The notes: generated by a model not told the origin, from the sequence alone. A stretch of 64,000 nucleotides of DNA from Rhodosorus marinus CCMP1338 (GCA_029953675.1 JAMWBK010000005.1:2294001-2358000), one strand, 5' to 3'. Positions 24,026 to 37,400 are shown, counted from the first letter of the stretch. Translations and numbers: made by a program.

Positions 24026-25132
24026 CGGTAGAAGCGTCTTTCCGCACACTTAGGTCAGACCTTTGGGTTTTGTAAGCTGGGTTACTACAACCGGCAACTC
24101 GATCTTCTGCGCTTGGTTTGCCTTCGCGTGAACGGCCATTTAAATTACGGAACGCGCAAGGAAATTTACAGCACATAGGATAGATGATGTCGATGGGGAC
24201 TTACTCAGAAAACCCAGTAACCTTCCAGTTCGCTTAAGATGATCAAGTCACTGAGAGGAATCAAAAGTACGTGCAGCTGTGGAAGTGAGAGGCTGGACGA
24301 AAGATTGCCCCTTTTGGAATGCCTGTGCTACCAACCTTCCGGTTAAACCGTCCTAAGCCGAACATCTGAAAAACGAGTGAAGGCAGGTGATTACAGTCAT
24401 TCTCGCAGCGAAAACGCCGGTTCAACTTCGGGTCACTAGCTACGTAAAAGAGAAGAAGATGGAATCCGCGGATTCCTCTGCCGATCCACGCGCGGAACCG
24501 CTAATGCGATCTCCGCGTTTCTTTCCGAATGCGTCCTGTTCAACTTAGCTCTCGCGTCGCTCAGCTCGTTGATGTTATCGTTAATGTTATCCAGCAACCA
24601 ACCCGTGCCAGGTGGCAAGCTTTACAGCGTTGTACGCTCATGGGCTTCCCCCCCAAGGGGAACGAGGCGATAGCCTTGCAGTTCGACTGAAAAGGATTGA
24701 CCCGCTGATATGAATGGTTTCGAGTAGCCGGAAACAAGACCATTGTATTCAGAGTTCAGTTTTCATATGATGCGAGCCCAGCGAGACAAGTGAGTGTTAA
24801 TGAAATCTTCGGTCGGAAAGCGAGCTTTCAAGAGATCTCTGGTGAGCTTGAGTCTATCAGTGGTGCAGTGAACCGTTGCTGATTCATGTCCTCGCCGTAG
24901 TACGCGACGTTAGGGTACTCACTTGTAGATTGTAATCCACAGAGATACCATGGACGGTTGGCAATCGAAAATGCAATACCATTTTTCACGATCATCAATC
25001 TTTCCAGTTCTTTTATTTGTCAAACAGGTTCACTGAGACAGCCAGAAACAAAAGGTTACAGCGTACGCAAACCCGGAAGAAATTTTGCAAAGAGGACGTA
25101 ACACGAGGATATCAGATGCTTGGCGTCCCAGC

Positions 25133-25420
25133 TCAACATGAGCTTGCATTGTCATACATACCTTGATCAACGCGGTAACCACGTCGCCCAGAACGGGCTC
25201 GATATATCATCAGCAAAGCCCACAAACCCGGAATGATGCAAATACTACCAACGATGAGGATGTACAGCGCCTCCCTAGGGTGATGTACGCCAACACCAAT
25301 CGCACTGATCAAAAGGACGATGCCTATGCCTGTGAGAATAAAGGCCACCGTAATGGAGCGAACCGGCATGCGGTTCTCCTCTTCCTCGAAGGTAATCGGA
25401 TCATCTTTTGGCAATGACAT
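25133..25420 (-). CDS. TMEM230: TMEM230/UPF0414-like small two-TM membrane protein
   Basis: 95 aa with two hydrophobic helices. The pattern P.RSI..AFIL...G ... G.ICIIPG.W...IY.A..G.RGY matches the family. Confidence 0.7.
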   Translation of the reverse strand: MSLPKDDPITFEEEENRMPVRSITVAFILTGIGIVLLISAIGVGVHHPREALYILIVGSICIIPGLWALLMIYRARSGRRGYRVDQGMYDNASSC

Positions 25421-26795
25421 GGCAAAAAAATTCTTGTACTTTGCAGAAAGAACTAGTCTCCGAAAAGAAAAACCTTATTGCATGCCCGGGGGTGGAGGTC
25501 CAAGCATGGGCAACACGAACCTCACTAGATCGTAATCAACAGATCTCAGACCGAGCCACAGCAGCAGGGGCACGTACCCGTAATGAAAGACTACCTGCAA
25601 TGTCACGAGAACGAGAGACACCAGGAGGATCAGCCACCCTCTAGAAAAAAAAAAGGATCAAGCCAATCAAATATTCGAAATCATTCAGCAGTCAAGTTTT
25701 GAAGTCTAGAGTACCTTCACACTTCTAACCGCTTGACCACCTACGCGGATGGTTTCCGACTTCGCTACTTCAAACCTTCCCATTCTGCGACGTCCGCCAG
25801 TCCCTCCGTTCACTCTTCCCGCACCTCGCCTCTGAAGTGCATTCGCCGTCCCCAGAAATCAATGAATCTAAAATTATTGTTCTTGTACCTCAAATTACGA
25901 GCCAAAATCATTGAATTGAGATTAGTCGCTACCTTGATGTGGACATTAAAGCCAACATGCGGCCAGCAGAGGTTGCTCATCAAACGAACTTGGAATAGTC
26001 AACCTCCTAGAGGCTGAAGCTTATTTTGTTTTAGCTCAGACTAAGACCGCTGAGGCTTTCACAAGGGGCTTCGCCATAGAGCTGAAGCCGCAGGAATCAC
26101 AGAAAGCCCTTCGGGCGTTAACCACAATGCCTTCCAGTGAGATCCTGAAGGATCAAGAGCTACACTCTTAACGGTGGTTTTACTAGTCGTTAAGGAAAAA
26201 GCTTCTTGCCCGCTTCTGTTCCGTTACTGAGTATCTTCCAGCAGTGCGTTCAGCACCTAAAGCAAATGATCCATCCCGCACCTGCAGCAATACGGGTACG
26301 AGAGGGACTGGTGCCACTGGCTTGACAAGGAGCATCAGCTGGGTGGGGCAGATAATCGGCAAACGGGCTCACGTGACGATCAAAGAGTGTCTATGGCCAC
26401 TACCGAAACGAGGATGCATGTCAGCTCGCTTGAGAACTTCACATCCTGTCTAAGCGCGTTCGTTAGGATACCCAAGCGCATGGCATGGAAATCACTGGAG
26501 ACATTCGTCGAATTGTGCTTTGCGGCTTGTGATTATAGAGTAGCGGTAGGCGTGGGACCTTTTGAGCTTGTTCACTATGGAGAGCGATACATAGTCGATC
26601 ACGGAACAGAACGAAAGGTATATGATCTTCTAGAATTCTTGAACATCATTGACTCTCGAAAACTCGCAGGGAACCGCATTAACGTCAGGATAATGCCATA
26701 TGCACGCTTGACAGCGTCCATCGATCACATTGGACCGCATGGGTCTCATGTACTGACTTTCCTGGGAGGTGGGGAGAACCTTCATGTGTTTACTT

Positions 26796-27267
26796 CTAGT
26801 GGGAAATACCACCTGTTTGGTAAACTCGAACGTAGAACAAGCCCAGTAGGAAGACACCCCCGATTGCCAGTAGGAAGGCGGAATCGTTTGACCACCTGTT
26901 TGTGAGGGACTCCACACGATTGTCCATTCTCTGTCGGCCTAAATTTCTCCCGTCATTCGGTTCATCAGGAAGCTTCATGCTCGGGAGATCAGACTGGGGT
27001 TGAGGGCCTGGCTGCTATAGTCAGTTACGAACAAGACCATCCCTGTCATAAACCTGCTTAATGCTCAAGAAATTCATGCTGGCGCGAAAATACCTCCTTG
27101 TTCTCTCGAAACTTTTGCCATTCCGTATCCCAGTCACGGCTCTTACCATCCTTCGACTCATCACCTTCAGATGCTTGCATTACCGTTGGCCTCGTACTCG
27201 AGCAAGAGCAACCAACCGCATTTCCTCCGAACCGTATGCCGCCGGGAACTAGAAATCCCAGGCCCAT
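26796..27267 (-). CDS. Plastid-targeted small membrane protein of unknown function, 2 exons
   Basis: MGLGF transit-like start, DWDTEWQKF motif, a GT-AG intron, and a C-terminal TM helix (AFLLAIGGVFLLGLFYVRV). Confidence 0.6.
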
Positions 27268-28047
27268 TGCTGTATCTGAATTCTAAGGCTAAGCCTGTGC
27301 TGCGTTTTCAACCCTCGCTTCGCATTTCAACTCCCCAATTTGAGCTCTTGATATTGCCACAGCCAAGAGCAGTTCGCAAGCTTGCTGTCTGCTTGCCAGG
27401 CTGACTGGCTCATTCGAAGATTTCGCCATTGAATTCGCGTTTCTGGCAGAGGAGACTTGCAGGGGGAAGGCATAGCGCTAATAGCGGTCGGGATAGCGCA
27501 TCAATACAGGGGAGGGAGCTTTTTGGAACCCTCTCGATCTCGATTTAAGTTTAATTCAGACGGCATTTGACGTCTTACCACCTCCACTGACACTGTTAGC
27601 AATCTAAAACCTGCGTCAGGTCTCTCCATGATTGGTAAAGGACGCGAGCAATTCGCGACTGTCGAAACCCCTATCAGGCAAGGATCAGATATTTGAACTC
27701 AGTGGGGACTTCAGGTGACCAGTGTAAAACATTTCCGATGCATGCTACGAGAGCTTGCATCGGAAACGATGTGTCCAATGACTCTGCCCCAAATACCTCC
27801 AGACCGTGCTTGTTGCAACGCCATGGTTTCAAAAAGGAACGCGCTTTCTCATCTTCAGAATTAAAGAATACAAATAGGACTCTGGGCGAATCGAATTCCC
27901 CTCTGCCTTCTCCCACCAAACCCAAGTGTGGCTAGACGAGCTTCACAATGGATCAGCGGCAGCAAAAAGCGCCGGAGGGGGATGGCGTGTTGCAGTGGGG
28001 TGGTCAAGGAAAATGTATTATTAGCTTGTGCGCTTTTGGAGCAAGTG

Positions 28048-28740
28048 ATGACTGAAAGACTCTACTTCAACGATAGCTATTGCTTTGAAGCTTCATCCTT
28101 GGTTACCAAGGCAGAATTCGATACGGAAAAGTCCGAATGGAGCTTGGTGCTGGACAGAACGATCTTTCACCCGTCCGGGGGGGGACAGCCTTCGGACGAA
28201 GGACAAATTAGTTCGCATCGAGTGTTGTCCCTCGCCACGGACAAGGACCTGGCTATTATCAGGCACAATGTCGCTTGCAAAGAAGGAGCGTCATTTAGCC
28301 CGGGGGACTTGGTTTTCCTCAAAGTGGATGAAGTAGTTCGACGACGGCATGCAAGACTACATTCTGCGGGACATCTGATGGACGTTGCAGTGCGAAAGAT
28401 GGGGCTGATGTTCGAACCATCCAAAGCCTACCATTACCCAGAGGGATCGTACGTTGAGTATCATGGAAGTGTCCCAGTGGAAGAGCGTGAATTGATAGCA
28501 AAGAAAATTATGAGCGTGGCGAATGAGACCATTCAGAAAACGAAAGACACCGACCTTGTCAAGAGTAGGGTAGGAGAGGACGGGACTCGTCTTGTATTTC
28601 TCTCCTCTGAAGATATCGGCTGTCCTTGCGGAGGCACTCATGTTAAACATGTCAAAGAGATTGAACACGTTACAGTTACAAGGCTCGTCAAAAAAAAAAA
28701 GTTCATCCGCGTTTGCTACTCCGTTACTAACTTACAGTAA
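28048..28740 (+). CDS. alaX: Free-standing alanyl-tRNA editing protein (AlaX/AlaXp); start may be upstream at 27982
   Basis: TERLYFND, VLDRTIFHPSGGGQPSDEG, zinc motifs HSAGH (HxxxH) and CGGTH (CxxxH). Confidence 0.9.
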   Translation: MTERLYFNDSYCFEASSLVTKAEFDTEKSEWSLVLDRTIFHPSGGGQPSDEGQISSHRVLSLATDKDLAIIRHNVACKEGASFSPGDLVFLKVDEVVRRRHARLHSAGHLMDVAVRKMGLMFEPSKAYHYPEGSYVEYHGSVPVEERELIAKKIMSVANETIQKTKDTDLVKSRVGEDGTRLVFLSSEDIGCPCGGTHVKHVKEIEHVTVTRLVKKKKFIRVCYSVTNLQ

Positions 28741-28781
28741 CTTTACGCGAACGGCCGATTTCATGTTAAGAAAGTCATGCC

Positions 28782-29075
28782 GTGCCCGAATATCGCGATC
28801 CGATCGGCGACTACACTGATGGCATCTTCATGCCATTCTGCGTCGAGACCTTCGGCCGACCCAGCAAACAAGCGGATGAGTTTCTGAAAGAGGTCGCTCT
28901 CCACTTCCAACCTTACAACGCAAGTAGGCGAAGCACGGTCGACGATAGGGGGCTCCGGAACGCGAATGCGCACCTGGCCATACAGGCTCGGGGAAAAAAC
29001 GAACAGAAGTTTACGATCGTACCAATGGTAGAACATAGCCACATAGTCCATTATGGAACCGCAACGCATCAATAG
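28782..29075 (+). mobile_element. 3' remnant of a second RLE/CRE-like non-LTR retrotransposon family
   Basis: FMPFCVETFGRPSKQADEFLKEVA matches the F-x-P-x-x-x-E-T-x-G...fL C-terminal motif of RLE-clade ORFs. It differs in sequence from the 15-17 kb family. Confidence 0.5.
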
Positions 29076-29092
29076 CATGCTTGTTCACTCGT

Positions 29093-29270
29093 CATGGCTC
29101 CACAACTAAATAGTAAAGCGTTCATAGTCAAGTCTCATGAACTGAAGTACTTGTTAGTTGTTCCATGGGCTCTACAACTAAATAGTAAAGCGTTCATAGT
29201 TTGCACGGCCGAGATTGACAGCATGGGACTCCCTAGCAGGCTGAGCAGAAGTCTCATGAACTGACGCTCA
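29093..29270. repeat. Diverged ~72-bp tandem duplication with a 27-bp perfect core
   Basis: ACAACTAAATAGTAAAGCGTTCATAGT at 29102 and 29174. AAGTCTCATGAACTGA also occurs twice. Confidence 0.8.
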
Positions 29271-29572
29271 AAACTTCGTCCCACTCAACAAAAACCGTTT
29301 TGCAAAACAAATATGTTCCAGACGCACATACAGAACGTTCTGGCTCTTGGTTTATACGTCTCAAAGCGTAAAACTCTATATATCCAGTTGAAACAGCTGT
29401 ACAAAATCTGAAATCTCAATACGAGAAAACAACCTCAGGTCGATCCATCCCATCTCCCAAGTTCAAAGCTCGTCTCACAGAACGAACAAAACTATAAACA
29501 ATGCTATAAACAATGCTATCGCCTACGGCTCACCGCCAAACTCCACAAGTCATTGCTCTCATGTTCTGAGAA

Positions 29573-31452
29573 CTAGAACCGCATCACATTCGCCACAATC
29601 GGTGTTTTGACTGCTAAATCTGAGATAGCTCCAATACACACTTGCACTTGTCCCTTACGAATCCGAATCCAAGTTCCGAAGCTATCAGCAACAGTCTTGC
29701 TAATGAGCCCAACCATTATCCCGCTGGTTGAGCTTGGCACACTCTGATCAGAAACGCTCTGGCAGGAGATACGATCTGGCTTCACTACCATTCGAACGCG
29801 CTCACTTGAGAAAGGCCCCCCGGGATTGACAACAAGCGTCGACACCCGTCTCCTACGTGTATCTTCCTCCTTCGGAGTTGCGCTGACAACGCAAACAGAA
29901 GCAATCCTCTTAAGGCTCTTGGGTTTAACAGAGAGAAAGCTAGAGGCTGGTTGCGAAGCCACGTTGGCAGTCGTGAACACAGCAACTTCATCAAAGCTTG
30001 GTCTCTTCCAATTCCTCGACATCGGTGGACTAAAATGCCTCGAGCAGACCCTCCCAGCTCCAAAAGCAAGACTTTTGCTCTTGACTCTCCTTGCACACTC
30101 GTCCTTCGACATGCTCCTCCGACAAATTCTAAACAAGCCTTGAGTACGAGTATACCAAACACGAACAACTCCATCCCATTCCTCAGTACCGACTAACGCA
30201 ACGCAGATCTCCACTTCTCCGTCGGCGCCAACCGCACCCAGCCACGCTACTGTACGCACATCTTTCTCCTCGGAGAGGATATGCTGCTGCGTAAGTTGAA
30301 GGTCCCGGAAGGCAGCCCCATTCCTCAGCTTCGTTGTCTTGCATAGACTACCTTTCTTGCCAAACGCGAAGTCGACGTACCCTGAAGCCTTGTCGCCAGA
30401 AGAGATTGGCTCCGGGTTCGAAGTCTCCACAGGCTTTTTGGGGTCGTCCGTTGCTTTCGGGTCTGGCCCCGGAGACTCTCCAGAGCCACCCTGAACAACT
30501 GACAGTGAGCACCCAAGCTCCTGCGATGCATCAGTCAAAAACTGCTTATGGCTCGGATCAGAGAGTTTGGTGAAACCTGCCTCCATGTCTGTTCGACAAT
30601 AACCTGTACAAACCACAGAGATAGATGTTCGGCTACCCCGTTAGATTCATGATGGCAGAGAAACACTTCACCACCGGGTTGAACGGCTTCAACGACTGAC
30701 TTACCCCCAACAGTTATGCCGAAACTAAGAATACCGACCAACACATCATCCTCCGCTTTCCCTCCCCGGATTACCAAAGGGCCTCCGCTATCTCCGTAGC
30801 ACGCAGATCCCTCGCTGCCGTCATAGTTTCCGTCCGCGCAGATAAACTTCGATGTATCCACGGATATCTTTTTCGTCACCTTGCATTTTGAGGAAGTAAC
30901 AATCTTTGTGTCCACCACCCTCATCTTCCAATCATATTCAACGTATGGAGTATAATCACCGAAACCAATCGCATCGGCAACGGTTCCAGACGGAATCGTA
31001 TCGAAGCTAACGGAAATGGGCTTCACAATTGTGGACGACATTGGGGACTTCAGCTTTATCAAAGCCAAGTCATATCCGTCTCCGTGAGTGAAAAGGCTCC
31101 AACCATGTGGCATTCTAATATCTGCGGCTTCTCGACATCCGGGGCTCTTCGGGTCGGCAAGTACTGTACCAGCACAAACCTTTACCTTTGCAGACGCGTC
31201 CAGATTCGACACGCAATGCGCCGCCGTAGCGACAACATCGGTGTCAACGAAAGCGCCTGAACAAAGAAGAGAATCGCTTCCATACTCCTCCACGAACAGT
31301 GATGCCATGTAAGGTGCTTGCCTCCAGCTTTTAACCAAATCTCCGTTTATAAGCCGAGCAGAACTGCCCAGTCTTTTTAGAACCTTTGCACTAGAGAACT
31401 GCATCCCACACGCGACCAGCGCCACAAACCAAAGCTGCAAGAGCCTCCTCAT
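29573..31452 (-). CDS. Secreted S1A (trypsin/chymotrypsin-fold) serine protease with a ~330-aa C-terminal extension, 2 exons
   Basis: Signal peptide, activation-like site SAR|LING, and catalytic triad motifs TAAHC, YDLAL and GDSGGP. A GTAAGT...TACAG intron joins it in frame to the 29573-30616 ORF (..FGITVG|YCRTDMEAGFTKLS). Confidence 0.85.
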
Positions 31453-34400
31453 ATCTGCCTTTTGATAGAACATACAATATATCAATGTCAGCTTCCCAAT
31501 CTAGACATCACTTCTTAGCGTTCCGACTACCTGAGATTCCTCTGAACCACCGCGTATTGCACACACTCACAAGTGACACGCTTTCTCGAAACTAATGCCT
31601 ATATACACCCTCAACCTCTCCCTCGTACATATGTGTGAGCTTCGATGTGCCAGGGATTTGGATCAAGAGTTACAACATGCGAGCATCGGGACGGGGGTGC
31701 GATTCTCCAGCGAGGGGGGCTCCACGAAAAAAAAGCAGAGAACTCCAGCGATCTTGGATTAGCTGAAGAATATTTCAAACGTTTTCCAACTGCTGACAGG
31801 GATTGTATCAGGGTGAAACTGGGTATTCGATCCGTATCCATCTCGAAGGGGTAAGCCAACAGCATACTTTGCCATTCTTTCATTATTCATACATTTTTAC
31901 CGCCCGTATGTTTGCGGAAAGCTTATGATTTTATCAATTTTTTATCCTTCTTCGAAACCAGCGCTTTGGCTAAAATAATCTGTATTCAGCAAATAATGAG
32001 ATACCTTTCCGGCACCGAATTCGGCCGTAACGCCTAGAGAACAGGACCTCCTAGCAGACACGAACAGGACTTGATGAAAATATCAGCATTCTCTTGCACA
32101 CACCTCCACGGCGTGGTCTCCAGTACGTTACACGGCCGAGGAAGTCAAAAAAAACGCATTAAAATATACATAGCCACTTTGCGTCTACACCAGTTCTTGC
32201 ACTAGTAGAATCATCTTGCTAGCTAGGAGTAAAGTCAGTCAGTAGAAACTATGACACCCAGCCCCCGGGGTCACGAAAAGAGTGTAGAGGCGTTGAGAGA
32301 AACACAATACCGTCTAGCAAATTCCGACATACCCGTGTACCGAAAAAAAAAGCCTCGTTTCGCGACGGGTTTGCCATACTGTATGTTACGCGCTTTCGAA
32401 CGTTCGAAAAGTGCGAAATGTGCTTCTATTGGTAATACAATTTTTGTATCATTTATGTTGAACAAATAAATTCTAATCGCTTTAATTCCAATCGAAAGAA
32501 TTTGTTAATTCTAATCAGTGTCGCCACTTGCGATTAGCCAATCACAGCTGTAGGTATTGACCCCATCACGTCTAAGCATAATAACGAGGTCACCCCTGGT
32601 TTTCTGATGCGAAGATCCTATTGTCAGTCATTCGGGCGCCTACCTGAGCCCGGCTGATCGTGATATTTTTTCCCCGATATCATTGACTTGGAACCCTGAA
32701 ACCCTAGGAATACGCGGTAAACAACACGCATCCCTAGGGGGGGGTAAGCTACTCGAAGAAATAGGGCGAAAGTTTTGTGCAAGCCCTACCAGCGGATTCG
32801 AACGGAATTACAAAAAAGAAATTATTAACTGTTTATTGTGGCTTGTTTCTTACTGTCCAATCATATGTGAAGTGCCCAAACTAGCGCTTCAGAAAGTTTA
32901 TATGACATAATTACCGGTTGAAACCGCGTTTTATCACCGACAGGTATTTATTCGCGGAAATCTTTGTCATAGGACGAGATTTCAGACAACTGATCAAATA
33001 TTTATGCAAAAACAATCTTGGGGTCACCAGAAAATCCCCCCCCCCCCTTTCGGAAGCATTATCTTGGACCATTTCCTAGAAGATACTTCCCAATGGACGA
33101 AAAACAACAAAAATCGGTATAAATCTTGACGTATATTCATAATTATCGTGAATCATCCTTTTCAATAATATGGTAACAATGTCACGAAAGAACTAGTTTG
33201 TGTAGAAACAAACCTCTATTCACAACTTCAGGTGTAAAAAGTCAAGCTGTGATTTCTTGACATTGGTCAGGGTGTGGAGGACGTTCCTAGCGTCCGGGAA
33301 AAGTTTCATCTTTTTTATGTTCCTTAGATATCTCCTGTCCAATCACTTTACCCTCAGGAATAAGTCTAAACAAGAAACACCACCGGGGGGTTACTTGCCC
33401 CCTGATGCTATCTAAGAAAGAAGTTCTGTGAGAGACAGTGCGGGGAAGGGGGGGGGAGTTCACCCGGAAAATTAACTGGAACTTGGGAGCGAACGGTTGC
33501 AATTTGCTTCCACGCCGCCTGTTCTCCCGTTTCAATTGAATATTGATTACTTCTGAAGAAGACTATTTTCGGCTATGCCTGTTGGCCGTCAACTCTGGCT
33601 ATTCGAGGTAATAGAGTTGTGGAAAGGCACAAATTCCGCGTTATCTTTGCTTACAAACAAAGTACGGTTGCGTATTTTTCTTGGCCGCTTGAGTGTATAT
33701 AACCGGGGATAAAGCAAAAAAATCATTTCTATCTGAATACAGTTTTTTCGTCGCGTTGTAAGCCATTTGTCCAACAACCTACAGTTGGGGCGATCTTGCC
33801 AGGTAAAATTAGAAACGCAACGGGTGGGGTGGGCGGTGGGGATCCCCATACACGTTCATGTTATAACAAGAGACCGACTTCATTTCCACATTTTCGCTCC
33901 TCGCAGTCTTCGTGAAGGGGTAGGAGCGACAGCAGATGGGCTACGCGTGGGCACAAAAAAATTCTCAAAAAGAGGTTCTACCGACCTAACGCCTTGTTGC
34001 TCGTCCCTATGAACAGGCTTTTGCTACAAGAGCAGGTGACTGCTTGGAAGATCTTTTATTGTAAAGAGCCTCAGCCAGTAGCGCGGAACTTCCTATAGTT
34101 TTGCACTTATGGAGAAGTTCGTTGAAAGCTCGGTTGGGGCGCAGCTGGGTGGAATATGCTCATCATGAGGCATACGCAATAGCGCGCGGGTGCCTGCCGA
34201 AGCATCAGGATGTTGAAAAGGTGGCTTAGCTACTCTCAATCTTCAGCCTACCTTCTGTGCTTTATTCCCCACCCCTGTTTGCCCTGGCGCTAGTCCGTCT
34301 CATATCATAAGTTCTCGCAAATACAATACTACTCATCGACTACCCAATGAATGCAAAGGACTCGCAATCTACTCACTGAAAAATTTCCATGCGCGCTAAA

Positions 34401-37400
34401 CATATTTTAAGGATTCCTCAATCCATTTTCCCACGGAGACTGCTCCCGAACGGGGGGAACGACCCACATCAAAATCTTGCTAATATTGACGGAGCATCCA
34501 CGTCGAGCTGGGCTCCTATTTGTTGGGTAGAACGGGTTCCCAATAAAAAAGCAGACACCTGATTTACGCGCTTCATTGAAATCCGAGGTTCGTGAAATCT
34601 TCTACTTTCATTGTATTCGATCTAGAAAAAACAAGTGTACGAGCCACTTTCCGTGGACTACGTGATTTGCATTTGGAACCCGGCACACAGCTGCACTTAA
34701 AAAAAGAGCTTCTACAATTGAGAAACTGTGATCTTTCCGCAGTATGGACGGTATCAGATCGATGCGAGATACCATTCAGAGGGGACATCCAAGCTTCCTT
34801 AGAGATTCCTCAAAGGAAGTGTTGGCAATTCCATGTTTAGCACCTGAACATTGGACAATCTCAGATTTTTTGCACGATCCTCACCTTGCCACATTCATTT
34901 TTGCTGGGCTGGTTTTCGCATTTTTTTTCTCCGGAGATTTTTTTGTTTTATGTCTTGCCGAGAAGTACACACATCGAACATATTCGCACGGCTTCGCAAC
35001 TTTCTCCAGTACGCCGACTTGGCTTCAAACTCTGTCCACTACGCTCCCTTAGTACTAAACCGTGCACTAGAGGGCTTACTATTGAGGTATGGGCGGTATC
35101 AATGCCATCGCTTTCGTACAGTTCAATATGATACCCCATAAAAGATATGCAACAAGCAGGTCTGATTTTATTATGGGGTACCCAAAACATGTTCTCTATT
35201 TTTTTGGAAATTGGAGTGTGCATCCACACCGCTTAAGCAAGCACGATAGTGGAACCTGCCAGCTGAACATAATGGATCCGAAGCATTTGAACAAGGGGCG
35301 ATGACCTTCCTCAACACACCTGGCTTCGTCTTCAAGATTGCTGGTATCTGCCTCGAGGAGAAGCCCTCGATTATCCGCGCACAACCAGAGTGCGGATTTT
35401 TAAATTGCTGGACCCCGGCGTACCATCTCAGGCTGAACCTGCCAATTTGGCAGGGCTACAATCAATTGGTGACATAGCATAACTGCCGAATAAACGCTAC
35501 AGGGTTGCCTGTTTCCCCTTAGAATCTAATCTACTACCCCGTTCAGGGTGCTTCTTATCTCCTCTACTTATTTTTAGCGTTCTTTCGCGCCGCCGTCCGT
35601 AGTTGCCTATAGAGGAAGGGCACTCTACCCCCTCTAGCACCATACCTTATTCAAATCGTACAGACCAAACATTGTGCCTTGCGTCTTGTCATCTTGGAAA
35701 TGATGGGCAGCACAATGTACACAGTGATACATGGTAGCCAGTTTCTCGCTTCGATCAGACAATCTTCTTGAGGAGAACATGCTTCGTGGAGATAGTAGCC
35801 AGACCGAAGCGTGCAACTGGCCCAGGGTGGAGGGGGGTTGTGATGAGCTAGTTCTCTATCAATTAGAGTGGTGGTTAACTAAACAATTAGCTATCCTTCC
35901 TGCATTGGGTCCGCTTTTGGTCGCAAACCGGTGCGAATCCCGCATCCACCGTTTTTGCCGCTGAGACCCATCACGCACCTTGCCAAGTTGGGCTGCATTG
36001 GTTGCACTGTAGGATCGTTTGCTTTTGCGCAAATGTTTCTATACTGACGCTGTAGTTATGGGAACTTTTCTCAGAAGTGTACGATACGCCCAGTTCTTTG
36101 TTATCGCGCGTCGGGCGACAACAATTCAGAGTGTTTCGTATCCATGTTTAGAGCCTAGAATTTCCTGCAGCCCTCAATCGACAGATCGAACTTGTCCGCC
36201 CTAGCTACTTCTACCGATTCCCGCACCATTCATGCATTTGAGCCCGAGCAACTGGCTTTTCGAAAGAGCGCACGATGACGTAGTTGGGTAGCTCAGTGCG
36301 CGGCATGTCGCAAATGTTGCGCAACGAGAAAAAGTTTTCTGTCTTGTGTACGATCGAAGCCTTTGGATTGAGTCTAACAAGGAGCACTAGATTGTCAGCA
36401 GATTGTACTTACAACCTTGATCCGATGCAATGAAAAAACCAAGACTGTCCGGTTCCAAAAAAAGTAGAACCTGCACTCGGAAGCCTTTTTTTTTACAACC
36501 GTCAAAGAAAAGAGTTTCCGCATCAACCAGCGAATGCCTCGGTTACTTAACCGTTGAAAAGCTTGATATGCGTGTGGCTATTGGGTTGCATACTGCTGAC
36601 CTTTCTTGGCTCATCACGGGAAAATTGAAAACCCAGGAAAACACGTTGAGTAGGTACAAACCCACTCACCACGCATCCCATTCAGAAATTGTTAGAAAGT
36701 CTGGTCTCGCCCTTGTAGCTAACACCGTCTTGAATTAGTCACACACGCCCGCGATAAAATATTAATTATTGCTGACAGCAGCGAAGGCTTTTTGGGTTAT
36801 TTGTTCGATTCTTTTGAAAAATATCAGCTCTCGGCTAATCAGAAATTACAGCTGAATTATATTAATTTTGAAAGGGAAAGCCAGAATATTCCTCGCCGGT
36901 AAGCCAAAAATCCATGATCGCAACCGCAAATATATTCCAAAAAGTGTCTGCTCCTGCACACACAGTTTTTGGCTTCTTAAAAAGCAATTCTACTCGTATA
37001 TCTCCAAAAAAAAACGATGTCTGCTCTGCTGATTAGCAGACACTGCATGACTTCCTGATATGCTTTCTCATCCCTACCCTCAAGTTTTTTTTGTTTTCAA
37101 TATCGAATAGACGCGACTGTCTGCTGCAAGTTGTGGGCTATGTCAATAATATACTTCTAAAGGTCAAGTGCTACCCCGCGTTTGAACTCAAAATTTGTGA
37201 AATGAAGCGCCTGCGCTGTCTGCCAAGACGCTCTAACTCATACTATCAGCGAAACCAGTGGGCTTCAAATTTTTTGAACTAAATAAACAATCGACCAGGG
37301 CGCCATCGACCGTTGAGCGAAGGGGAGTCGGTCCGGCTAGACGGTTCGAAATCCTAAGCCATCCAATCAGGACGTCAACGACATCAACGGTTTGAAGAGA

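Noticed and set aside
26387-26905. 172-aa plus-strand ORF
   Set aside because: No recognisable motif, composition typical of antisense reading, and it overlaps the 3' end of the minus-strand plastid gene.
29093-29200. CRISPR-like geometry (36-37-bp repeat, 35-bp spacer, repeat)
   Set aside because: Only two units, the spacer itself is partly duplicated downstream, the host is eukaryotic, and there are no cas genes. It is a diverged tandem duplication.
32696-32706. Telomere/telo-box-like AACCCTGAAACCCTAG
   Set aside because: Only about two degenerate units, which is expected by chance.
35634-36080. hAT-like words on the minus strand (HCVHCAAH; VPITTASV*)
   Set aside because: The motifs are in the wrong order for a hAT transposase and are too short to support a call.
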